From Histomonas meleagridis 2922-C6/04-290x (Eukaryota; Protista; Parabasalia), in contig JAANOX010000231.1 of the NCBI GenBank assembly GCA_020184695.1, positions 267,017 to 331,016 of the forward strand: 64,000 nt of DNA, read 5' to 3'. The position numbers were made by a program, and so were the translations under genes. The notes beneath the pieces are model-generated. The model was not told the origin of the DNA, made no database searches, and was given only the letters and a program-made list of their open reading frames with translations. Below, in pieces: positions 32,386 through 42,552 of this stretch. Position 1 is the first letter of the stretch, and every line of letters starts with the position of its first letter.

Positions 32386-35176
32386 ATGTTTTTACTCTTC
32401 GCTGCTTTCTGCTTATCAGAATATTACACGATAGATGCCGCAGAGGATGCCTATGACAATGGAATCGATGGATATGTCTACGATGGAAATTATATACCAG
32501 ATGATAATCTTGAAAATGAATACAATAAAGAATATGTAGATACATATGAAGAAAATGATTATGCATATGATGGGAGATACATCCCAGATATTGTTAATGA
32601 GTATTCAGTTAATGAACCAGAAGAAAATGGATATGCATACGACGGTACATATATTCCAGAAGATGTCAACGATTATGTAATTTTAGATGAATCAGAAGAG
32701 AATGGTTATGAATATGATGGCACATACATTCCAGAAGAAAACCTGGAAAACGAAGGAATCTTCTATGAAGACTTCAAAGAGTATGTTGACACATATGAAC
32801 CAGAAGAGAACGGATACGCATACGATGGCACATATGTTCCACAATATACCAAAGAGTATGTTGATGCATATGAAGCAGAAGAAAACGGCTATGCATACGA
32901 TGGCACATACATACCAGAGCAAAACAACGAATATGAAATTTTGGATGAACCAGAAGAAAACGGCTATGCATATGATGGCACATACATTCCAGAGGAAAAC
33001 CTTGAAAACGAAGGAATCTTCTATGAAGATGGCAAAGAATATGTAAACGCATATGAAGCAGAAGAGAACGGCTATGCATATGATGGCACATATGTTCCAC
33101 AATATACCAAAGAGTATGTTGATGCATATGAACCAGAAGAGAACGGCTATGCATACGATGGAACATACATACCAGAGCAAAAACAACGAATATGAAATTT
33201 TTGGATGAACCAGAAGAAAACGGCTATGCATATGATGGCACATACATTCCAGAGGAAAACCTTGAAAACGAAGGAATCTTCTATGAAGATGGCAAAGAAT
33301 ATGTAAACGCATATGAAGCAGAAGAGAACGGCTATGCATACGATGGCACATATGTTCCAGAAGAAAACGGATACGCATATGATGGCACATACATTCCAGA
33401 AGAAAACGGCTATGCATATGATGGCACATACATTCCAGAAGAAAACGGATACGCATATGATGGCACATATGTTCCAGAAGAAAACGGCTATGCATATGAT
33501 GGCACATATGTTCCAGAAGAAAACGGATACGCATATGATGGCACATATGTTCCAGAAGAAAACGGATACGCATATGATGGCACATACATTCCAGAAGAAA
33601 ACGGCTATGCATATGATGGCACATATGTTCCAGAAGAAAACGGATACGCATATGATGGCACATACATTCCAGAAGAAAACGGCTATGCATATGATGGCAC
33701 ATACATTCCAGAAGAAAACGGATATGCATATGATGGCACATATGTTCCAGAAGAAAACGGATACGCATATGATGGCACATACATTCCAGAAGAAAACGGC
33801 TATGCATATGATGGCACATATGTTCCAGAAGAAAACGGATATGCATATGATGGCACATACATTCCAGAAGAAAACGGCTATGCATATGATGGCACATATG
33901 TTCCAGAAGAAAACGGATACGCATATGATGGCACATATGTTCCAGAAGAAAACGGCTATGCATATGATGGCACATACATTCCAGAAGAAAACGGATACGC
34001 ATATGATGGCACATATGTTCCAGAAGAAAACGGATACGCATATGATGGCACATACATTCCAGAGGAAAACCTTGAAAACGAAGGAATCTTCTATGAAGAT
34101 GGCAAAGAATATGTAAACGCATATGAAGCAGAAGAGAACGGCTATGCATACGATGGCACATACATTCCAGAGGAAAACCTTGAAAACGAAGGAATCTTCT
34201 ATGAAGATGGCAAAGAATATGTAAACGCATATGAAGCAGAAGAGAACGGCTATGCATATGATGGCACATACATTCCAGAGGAAAACCTTGAAAACGAAGG
34301 AATCTTCTATGAAGATGGCAAAGAATATGTAAACGCATATGAAGCAGAAGAGAACGGCTATGCATATGATGGCACATACATTCAGAGGAAAACCTTGAAA
34401 ACGAAGGAATCTTCTATGAAGATGGCAAAGAATATGTAAACGCATATGAAGCAGAAGAGAACGGCTATGCATATGATGGCACATACATTCCAGAGGAAAA
34501 CCTTGAAAACGAAGGAATCTTCTATGAAGATGGCAAAGAATATGTAAACGCATATGAAGCAGAAGAGAATGGCTATGCATATGATGGCACATATGTTCCA
34601 CAATATACCAAAGAGTATGTTGATGCATATGAACCAGAAGAGAACGGCTATGCATACGATGGAACATACATACCAGAGCAAAACAACGAATATGAAATTT
34701 TGGATGAACCAGAAGAAAACGGCTATGCATATGATGGCACATACATTCCAGAGGAAAACCTTGAAAACGAAGGAATCTTCTATGAAGATGGCAAAGAATA
34801 TGTAAACGCATATGAAGCAGAAGAGAACGGCTATGCATACGATGGCACATACATTCCAGAGGAAAACCTTGAAAACGAAGGAATCTTCTATGAAGACTTC
34901 AAAGAGTATGTTGACACATATGAAGCAGAAGAGAACGGATACGCATATGACGGCACGTACATTCCAGAAGAGAACGGATACGCATATGACGGCACGTACA
35001 TTCCAGATGATAACAGCGCTGAAGCTGAATACGACGACAACGGCACATATAACATTGGCGATGCGCCTTCTTATGAACAAAACTCTGATAACGAAGTTAC
35101 AGACAACAGCAATGAGCAATTTGAGTACGAAGACAATGGGATCTACGACATAGGCAATGCGCCTTCATATGAGTAA
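32386..35176 (+). CDS. Secreted acidic Tyr/Gly-rich tandem-repeat protein (~929 aa after correcting three indels)
   Basis: Signal peptide MFLLFAAFCLS; EENGYAYDGTY(I/V)P modules throughout. Versus sister repeats: +A (~33181), +T (~33200), -C (~34382), which explains the three ORFs. Confidence 0.85.
33321..34061 (+). repeat. Coding tandem array, 19 x 39 bp
   Basis: 741 nt = 19 units encoding EENGYAYDGTY(I/V)P, flanked by 108-bp (36-aa) higher-order repeats. Confidence 0.95.
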
Positions 35177-35375
35177 ACTCTAAAACGAGGTGACGTACTG
35201 AAATGTTTGACGTATTTTTTTAGTTTTTGACTTTTTTCAAAATCGAAATTTGGTTTCACCGATGTTAATTTTATCGGAAATTGTTACTTTAACTATTTGT
35301 CCAAGGCTAAAACAAATGATAAAACAGAAATTTAATTTTTAATTGTTCCTTTTCAATGAAAAGTGGCAGCTAATA

Positions 35376-36035
35376 ATGATTAAAAGTAACCCTTTAGCTC
35401 CTGGCTTCAAAGGAAATAACCAAACGTTTCGCAACCCCGGTCTACGAAATCACGCACACCAGACACATGGATCTACAACAAGAAATATTCAATTCGAAAC
35501 ACTGGACAAAAATCTTGAGGCAATTATTAGCTTACCTGAAGGAGAAGATAAAATAGAATGGTTTGCTTACAACGTTTTTGACTTTCACAGACAAGTAACA
35601 ATGCTTTTTTCTGCAGTAACTGAGTATTGTACAGTCGAAAATTGTCCTGTAATGACAGCAGGAAGTGGTTACAAATATTTATGGAGTGAACAAGGATCAA
35701 AGCCTTGTGAAGTATCTGCTCCTGAATACATAGCAAGACTTCTTAAATGGATTCAAAATCTTTTAGACGATGAAAACATTTTCCCATCAACACCAGGGGT
35801 TCCATTTAAAAACAACATTGAAAGCGTTATAAGAACCATAATGAAAAGACTTTTTCGTGTTTATGCTCATTTTTATTATCATCACTTAAAACATTTCAAG
35901 ATTTTGCAAATTGAAATTTACCTTAATACTTCATTCAAACACTTTATTTTGTTTAACAAACGATATCAACTTATTGAGCCGGCATCTTTGGATCCTCTCA
36001 GAGACCTAGTCAACTTCATCACCAGAGAAAGTTGA
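35376..36035 (+). CDS. MOB1: MOB1/phocein family kinase activator
   Basis: SLPEGEDKIEWFAYNVFDF, CPVMTAGSGYKYLW, SAPEYI, DDENIFPS, KRLFRVYAHFYYHH, LNTSFKHF. Confidence 0.95.
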   Translation: MIKSNPLAPGFKGNNQTFRNPGLRNHAHQTHGSTTRNIQFETLDKNLEAIISLPEGEDKIEWFAYNVFDFHRQVTMLFSAVTEYCTVENCPVMTAGSGYKYLWSEQGSKPCEVSAPEYIARLLKWIQNLLDDENIFPSTPGVPFKNNIESVIRTIMKRLFRVYAHFYYHHLKHFKILQIEIYLNTSFKHFILFNKRYQLIEPASLDPLRDLVNFITRES

Positions 36036-36608
36036 TGCATTAGTGTATTCCTAGTTGTAACTTTAAATAACATTTTTTGTTCGAAATGGAAAATGCAACA
36101 AATAAACGGTCGTTTGAGGAAAGATATCCTTTTTCTGGGAATACAGATAAGAAATCAAATAATTATGAAAAATATTAAATATACATAACAGATATTTTTT
36201 AATTTTTTATTAAAAAGAAAATTTTCTGATGTTTAATTTAATCAATTTGATTAAAAAAAATTCAAAATTTCCCTTTGGAATTGACTTTTAAAAATAATAC
36301 ACAATGCTGAATATATTTTATGATGTTGTTTTAATAAATAAAGAAATATGAAATATCAATAAAATCGTATAGCAAAAAGTTATTAAATTTTTTGTTATTC
36401 ATATGAAATATATTTTGTGTCTTCAAATACATCCTATGGAGATTTTTCATTATTTCTTTCTTTATTTTTTTGAATCACAAGATCATTTAAGCGAAAAAAC
36501 TTATTCTCGAACGATAGTAAAATGTTTAGCAGCGGTTTTTCGACACATCAGAGCCCTATTTAAAAACAAGACACTTTTGAATAAAACAAAGAATGTTCCA
36601 GAAAATTT

Positions 36609-37094
36609 TTACCAAGTTTCACGGAATGGTGTGAAGCAAACAGCCTTAATGACTTCTGGCTTTACAACGTGTGCTTCTTTAGGTTGAGCTGGGAGACGCT
36701 TAAGAGCTGACTTTTCAAGTTTGATTCCCTTTTCCTTAGCTTCTTTCTTAAGTTTTTGTGTTTGTGCAACACGGTTCTTGAAGTCATCTCTGCACTTTGA
36801 ATGTTGGATGTGCTCTGTGCGAACATAAATGCGCTTTGGAGCAATATGGTTATTAACACGACGATAAATCAAAAGACCGACTGCGTGTGGAGAAACGTTC
36901 CAAACTGTACCAGTGCGACCATTGTAAAGGCGATGTGGCATACCCTTCATGACTGCTGAGTTCACATGAACATCGACGATGTCTCCGATTCTGAAAGTAC
37001 GAAGTTGTTGTGATGGAGCTGGCATTCCATGCTTCCTGAACTTACGTGCGAAAAGGTATCTTGTTCCCCAACGAAGACCTGCTGTGTGACCCAT
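36609..37094 (-). CDS. RPL21: 60S ribosomal protein L21 (eL21)
   Basis: GTRYLFAR.FRKHG, GDIVDV, KGMPHRLYNGRTGTVWNV, KRIYVRTEHIQHSKCRDDF. Confidence 0.97.
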   Translation of the reverse strand: MGHTAGLRWGTRYLFARKFRKHGMPAPSQQLRTFRIGDIVDVHVNSAVMKGMPHRLYNGRTGTVWNVSPHAVGLLIYRRVNNHIAPKRIYVRTEHIQHSKCRDDFKNRVAQTQKLKKEAKEKGIKLEKSALKRLPAQPKEAHVVKPEVIKAVCFTPFRETW

Positions 37095-37189
37095 TCTGAT
37101 AAAGGTCGACCAAACCGCAAAAAACGTTTAGTAATGCACAGAGACCGTTAACACGAGGAACGATAACACAAATAAATAGTTTACATAGT

Positions 37190-38629
37190 TCATGGAAAAA
37201 TTGCTAAAATTTCGTCAACAAATCTTGTGAGCAAATTAGGACCAAACCTTAATGATTCTAAAGTCCCTCTAATTATGTTCTGTAACTCATTCTTATCAAT
37301 TCCAAAATCTACTCTTATCAATGGCATTGGTAATCTGCACCATGGATAATGATTTGGAATGGTGAAAACAAGTGCAAAACGAACGTTTCTAACTTTCGAT
37401 GAAACTACAAAAGAAACGTTTTGGTGATCAAGAAACAAATATGGAACTTTTGACAAGAGCGAAATCATTTCTTGATGATATTTTTTGTCGCGTGAATGTA
37501 TTGCGATATGACTAAACAACGGAACTGTGTTTGTTGAAGTCAATTTTGCATTTGAAATTTGTTTATATTTAGAAATAATCGAAACTTTGAATGTTGTATT
37601 TGTCATGAGACAAGTAACTTTAAATGGTAAACATTTACAAAGGAGAGTATACATCGCTTTAGAATTTTCTTTTGGCGAGTTTGTTCTGTTTTGAAGAGTA
37701 CTGATTGCTTCATTAAGTTGCCTAGTTTTGTCGACCGTTTGGGTCATGGGTAAAGTATTGATTTTGGCTGCGGGTAAAGCATTGATTTGGGTTGTAGGTA
37801 AAGTATTGATTTGGGACGTGGGTAAAGTATTGATTTGGGTTGTGGGTAAAGTATTGATTTGATCGTTTTTGGGGTACTCCGATTTATTGATCGTTAAATC
37901 TTCTTCTTTCTCTTTGGGTTTAGGTTGTTTTTGTTGGAGTTTAGATTGTACTGGTCGTAGTGGAATTGTGTCATCATCTAAATCTAAGTTCAATTGTCGA
38001 TTCTTTGAGAGGATTTGATTAAAAGCTGCTGTATTGAGATCATCAATTGGTTGTTTCTTTAAAATTGATTTCTTTGGAAGGAGGAAAATTTCGTCTGTTG
38101 TATCATTAGGATTGGATGTGAATTTTGATTGAACAGGTTCTCCAAATGAAATGTGATCATTGTTTTGTGTTTTAGGTTTCATATCAAACACAGCTTCACC
38201 GCCTCTCTTTAACAAATTGAAGTCATGATTTGTAACTAATGGTGATGGACGAAAACTTACTTTAGATTTGAAAATGCTTGATTCAGGTGATTCTTGGAGA
38301 CCTGCGACTGTTGGTGTTCCAGGAGTCATTACCTGGCTTTGTTGAAAATTATTGAAATCTTTTAATAAATCTGATAAAGTTGGAATTGAAATATTTAAAT
38401 GACTTAAATTGTTTTCTTGCGGTTCTTGTTGTGGCTGTTGTTGAAAAGGATCAAATGCTAATGTTATTGTATCAGGATCGTCAAATTTAAGTTGCTTTTT
38501 AATATTTGATGGTTTAGAGACAAACATCTTTCCTCCTGCATTAAGGTTTCTGTTTTCGATGCCTCTTCGAAAAGAATTTCCGGGTTTTCGTGGTGGTAGA
38601 TCAACTTGAAAAGGCGGGTCTTCAAACAT
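37190..38629 (-). CDS. Hypothetical protein, KNL1/Spc105-like candidate
   Basis: First ATG 38629. Disordered N-terminal two-thirds with KVSF and SILK motifs; C-terminal globular domain with an RWD-like HYP motif. Confidence 0.4.
   Translation of the reverse strand: MFEDPPFQVDLPPRKPGNSFRRGIENRNLNAGGKMFVSKPSNIKKQLKFDDPDTITLAFDPFQQQPQQEPQENNLSHLNISIPTLSDLLKDFNNFQQSQVMTPGTPTVAGLQESPESSIFKSKVSFRPSPLVTNHDFNLLKRGGEAVFDMKPKTQNNDHISFGEPVQSKFTSNPNDTTDEIFLLPKKSILKKQPIDDLNTAAFNQILSKNRQLNLDLDDDTIPLRPVQSKLQQKQPKPKEKEEDLTINKSEYPKNDQINTLPTTQINTLPTSQINTLPTTQINALPAAKINTLPMTQTVDKTRQLNEAISTLQNRTNSPKENSKAMYTLLCKCLPFKVTCLMTNTTFKVSIISKYKQISNAKLTSTNTVPLFSHIAIHSRDKKYHQEMISLLSKVPYLFLDHQNVSFVVSSKVRNVRFALVFTIPNHYPWCRLPMPLIRVDFGIDKNELQNIIRGTLESLRFGPNLLTRFVDEILAIFP
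37742..37861 (-). repeat. Coding tandem repeat, 5 x 24 bp (QINTLPTT)
   Basis: Seen directly in DNA and translation. Confidence 0.9.
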
Positions 38630-39482
38630 CTGATTATTGTAAACGGTATACAAAAATAAACGGTCTTAACACTTTTCCTGACTTTTTGTGTGAATTCACA
38701 CATCAAAAAATAAACATGATGAGTTTAAATGACATGTTTGCATAACGAAATAGTAAAAATTCTATTAAATTTACAATAAATATACAAACATACATATAAT
38801 CCAATCAATCGCTAATTTATTATCGGGAAGTTTTAATTATCATTATCCGTTAATATATAATTATTCTAAGGTGGCGGATAATATGCTTTTTATATGTTGC
38901 AAATATAATGTTTGAAGAAAAGATTTTTGTTATCCAGATATTTATTTAAAGCATCCATCGGATCTAAATTCATATGTTTCAATATATTGTTTTTTCATCA
39001 TATGATCCTATAAGAAGACATTTGTTTGCTATTTTAATCCTGAATCAGATTCTGATTAATTTGATAAACAAAATTGAAAATACATTTGTTTCAAATCTTT
39101 CAAGTTATTAAGAAATAGTATTTGATAACATTCAAATGAAAAATTTTGTTGTTTGATGAGAATTTTCTTTTTGACAAATTTCTAACAAGATTTAACGATC
39201 TCCATAACGTCTTTCGACAGAGGACAAACAAAAAGATCTACATAAACCAGTCAAATTCGGTTCACAAACGATTATTGTTGTAAGCGTTGTATTTGTTGTA
39301 AAAACGCTTTTTCTGTAACGAAAGTAAAAATCGTGTACAATTTGTGTCAAATATTTTCAATTGAAATTGTTATTTCAAAAACAATTGAAAAGCTTTTCAA
39401 TGTGTTAACAATTTTTTTTATTAATTTAGCTTTATCATGACAATTAACTTCAAACGAAGTTTGAACATTAATATTTTCTATT

Positions 39483-40724
39483 TTATGCTTTAACGCTTTT
39501 TGGGATTGATCTTGGTAAAACAGGTGGTCTTGGAATTGCAGGATTACTTCTCGGGAATGTTAATTTCACTTCTTTTTCTTCGCGAATCTGATCATCTAGC
39601 GAGTGTGTTTCTGATGAGCAGCTCATTTCATCTTCTTTCTTAAAAAAATTCATTAATTCATTTCCACCAGAAGAGGAATCCATATCAGAAGTCTGATATT
39701 GGACTTTCATTGAGTTGCGATTGCTTTGGGTTGAGCAGCAATTACGGCTGATAGTATTAACACGTGTTTGTGCGAAAAAGGTCTTGGGAGAACTCCGAAG
39801 TGGTGCTTGTGCGGAAGAAATAATGGTCTCCTTTTGGAATGTGTTCGATATTGTCCAGTCATATTTATAATCGTATTGATAGCCATTGCTTATGAAAAGG
39901 TCGCGGAACATTTTGCGATATCGAGAATACTCAGGTTCATCTGTGAACTCCAGTTGCCTAACAAGACGGAGGTATTCAGCAAATTCTGGTGGGAGGCCTT
40001 CGCAAACTCGAGATAATGGAATGATTTCTTTATAATCGCAGATCATTTGGAATTTAGACTTATTCCTACTACCAGATAAGCCAATCCATGGAAGTGATCC
40101 CTTAAGAAGATAGACCAATACATATCCAAGAGATTCCATATCATCACGTCTAGACTGCTCAAACCCTTTGAGGGCATTAACAGATGCATATCTAGCAGTT
40201 CCCGTGAGATTCTTTCCTTCAATTAGTGGAATATGTTTTAACTTTGAATCCCTATATTTCTTGGAAAGTCCAAAATCAATAATGTATAACTGGTTGCCCT
40301 TGCTCCCAAGACCCATAACAAAGTTCTCGGGCTTTATATCTCTATGAATGAAGGATTTTTTGTGGAGATACTCAACACTTGATATCATTTGATCAGCTAA
40401 CATCAGTACTGTCTTCAAAGATAGTTTCTGACGAGTGTTGAATAAGGATTCGATTGATTTACCGAATAAATCCATCACCATTATATCATCTGTTGCTTGA
40501 CTTCCAAACCAATAAATTTTCCCTGTGTTAACAGACCCTGCAAATACATTGTAAAGTTTTGCTTCATATTTAAGTTGTGGGCACTTAGTACGATTATCCT
40601 CAATTTTGGCTGCATAAAGACGGCCGCTTTTGTCTTGACATACAAAGATTTCTCCGAAACTTCCTGAGCCAATCTTGTTGAGCAAGTTATACTTGTTCTT
40701 GATTTTAAGTGGTTTGCACTTCAT
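39483..40724 (-). CDS. CK1: Casein kinase 1 family Ser/Thr kinase
   Basis: IGSGSFGEIF, QLKYEAKLY, HRDIKPENF, IIDFGLSKKY, LTGTARYASVNA, EQSRRDDMESLGY, LPW.GL. Confidence 0.96.
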   Translation of the reverse strand: MKCKPLKIKNKYNLLNKIGSGSFGEIFVCQDKSGRLYAAKIEDNRTKCPQLKYEAKLYNVFAGSVNTGKIYWFGSQATDDIMVMDLFGKSIESLFNTRQKLSLKTVLMLADQMISSVEYLHKKSFIHRDIKPENFVMGLGSKGNQLYIIDFGLSKKYRDSKLKHIPLIEGKNLTGTARYASVNALKGFEQSRRDDMESLGYVLVYLLKGSLPWIGLSGSRNKSKFQMICDYKEIIPLSRVCEGLPPEFAEYLRLVRQLEFTDEPEYSRYRKMFRDLFISNGYQYDYKYDWTISNTFQKETIISSAQAPLRSSPKTFFAQTRVNTISRNCCSTQSNRNSMKVQYQTSDMDSSSGGNELMNFFKKEDEMSCSSETHSLDDQIREEKEVKLTFPRSNPAIPRPPVLPRSIPKSVKA

Positions 40725-41520
40725 TCTGATTTTTATTGTGAATCAAAAAATTTTACAACAAAACCGTATTTTTCTATACATTATATCATACTTGAATTCC
40801 GTTTGTCACAAATACAATAAAAAACCTCCAAAATAAAATCAAAATTCTCTCTTTAGTTCTCTGAAATTGTGCTTATTAACTGGAAACTATAGCATATAAA
40901 ATAAAACCAAAACAATGAATTAAATTGTATTTTATAAATATGGATATAATACATATTTGTCTCATTTATATTTTTTTTTTTATTACTTTATGTATTGATA
41001 ACTGTTCTCTTCAAAATTGTTCGATATGTATTTCTTCATATTTTCATCTGTACAGGATTCTGCAGCGGCGATATTCGTAACGACCTAATCACTTTTTGAA
41101 AGCGTAAAAAACGAGCAAATTAATTCAATAATTCCGGAACTGATCAGTTGGAAATTGAAAGGAGCATTGAAACTCAGCTGTCAAAAGTCACCAGCGTCAT
41201 CAAATTTTGAATATTGATAACTTTACAATTTACGTGGCCATTGAAAATGCCATGACAAAACGTTACGGTAAAGAAAACAAATTTTGCCTACCGTCAAACC
41301 GTACCGCAGAAAACGGTTATTATTGGAGAAAACAACAAAACCAAAGTCAATCAGTGAAAAATCGGTTCCATTGTTGTCTAAAATATGCGATCCCACTTTT
41401 TTCCAATGGAGGGCAAAGGCATCTCAATCAAAACATAAAAAATTCTTTTTTTAAAGAAAAAATATCAAAATGATTTTTGGGCAAATATTGATTTATTTTT
41501 GAAACACACCAAATCATTAC

Positions 41521-42498
41521 TCATAAAAATTTATTAATAACAAATATCATAACAGCAATTATAATTAAAACACAGAACGCCACTTTTTGGGCTCTACGTT
41601 TTTTCAAATGTTCATTAGTAATTTGTATAACCTTTATAACATCCCAATCATTTTTTGCTTGTATTGTTTCAAGTACTGTAGTTGGGTCATTAAAACTAAT
41701 TAGTTCAATATGGGCAGTACACAATTCAATCATAAAATCTGTGTGATTTGATTTGTGTAAAATTATTTGATCCCATAGCAGCAACAAATCTTTATAATTA
41801 TATTGATCAGCAAATGAAACCAATTCCCATTTTAAAGCGTAAAACATTGAAGTCGTGTTCATGCTAATGAGATATTGATATTCTTTTGGATGAGACTCCA
41901 TAACCTTTTTGTCAATAAGTGAAAAATGTTTATTGGCAAAGTTATAATCTTTTGTAAATTTTCCAATATCGACAATTCGAAGAATCTTTTGACATAAAAA
42001 GAATGCAATCGCTTCTGCAAAATCAATGGACTCTCCAATGTGGGTAGCAAATTCTAAGCTGATTGTCATGCAAACGCAAGCATATCTATCAAATCCTTGA
42101 AGATATTCATAAAAATCATCTGTAAGTCGAATTGCAACTAAAATTCTTTGGACATTTAAATCGTCTGTTGGAGCCTTAGATTGGTTAATGTTACTCTCTT
42201 TTATAAGTTCTTGATACCAAAAATGTGATCTTTGTGTATCAATTTCTATTAAATATCTTTCTTCTTCGCTTGATAAACTATCTACTGGTTTTTGAATATC
42301 TTGAATATGTTTTAGTATGTTATCATGATAATTATCATATAAAAAGAAAATTGATTTTGATAAACAATTTAAATCAATTAAATCAAAATAATGTAACCAA
42401 GCGATGACCCTCAAATAATTATCTTTATTTGAAAGCTTCTTCAGAAAGTCAATTGTTTGTGCTTTATTTCTGAATGAAGGTTGAGGAATCGCTTTCAT
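41521..42498 (-). CDS. Rab-GAP TBC-domain protein with C-terminal TM helix
   Basis: IEIDTQRS (IxxDxxR), YLQGFD (YxQG), LKWELVSF...LLLWDQI; hydrophobic tail. Confidence 0.75.
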   Translation of the reverse strand: MKAIPQPSFRNKAQTIDFLKKLSNKDNYLRVIAWLHYFDLIDLNCLSKSIFFLYDNYHDNILKHIQDIQKPVDSLSSEEERYLIEIDTQRSHFWYQELIKESNINQSKAPTDDLNVQRILVAIRLTDDFYEYLQGFDRYACVCMTISLEFATHIGESIDFAEAIAFFLCQKILRIVDIGKFTKDYNFANKHFSLIDKKVMESHPKEYQYLISMNTTSMFYALKWELVSFADQYNYKDLLLLWDQIILHKSNHTDFMIELCTAHIELISFNDPTTVLETIQAKNDWDVIKVIQITNEHLKKRRAQKVAFCVLIIIAVMIFVINKFL

Positions 42499-42552
42499 TT
42501 CTTACCGTTTACACTTTTATGTAAAACTCAGAATTTAAATTACAAATAATTT

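Noticed and set aside
33321-34061. Possible CRISPR array
   Set aside because: Head-to-tail units with no unique spacers, in-frame coding, no cas genes, eukaryotic context.
32692-35119. Long antisense and alternate-frame ORFs (561, 567, 267 and 245 aa) over the repeat gene
   Set aside because: By-products of a stop-free 39-bp unit; the translations are nonsensical H/M/C-rich repeats.
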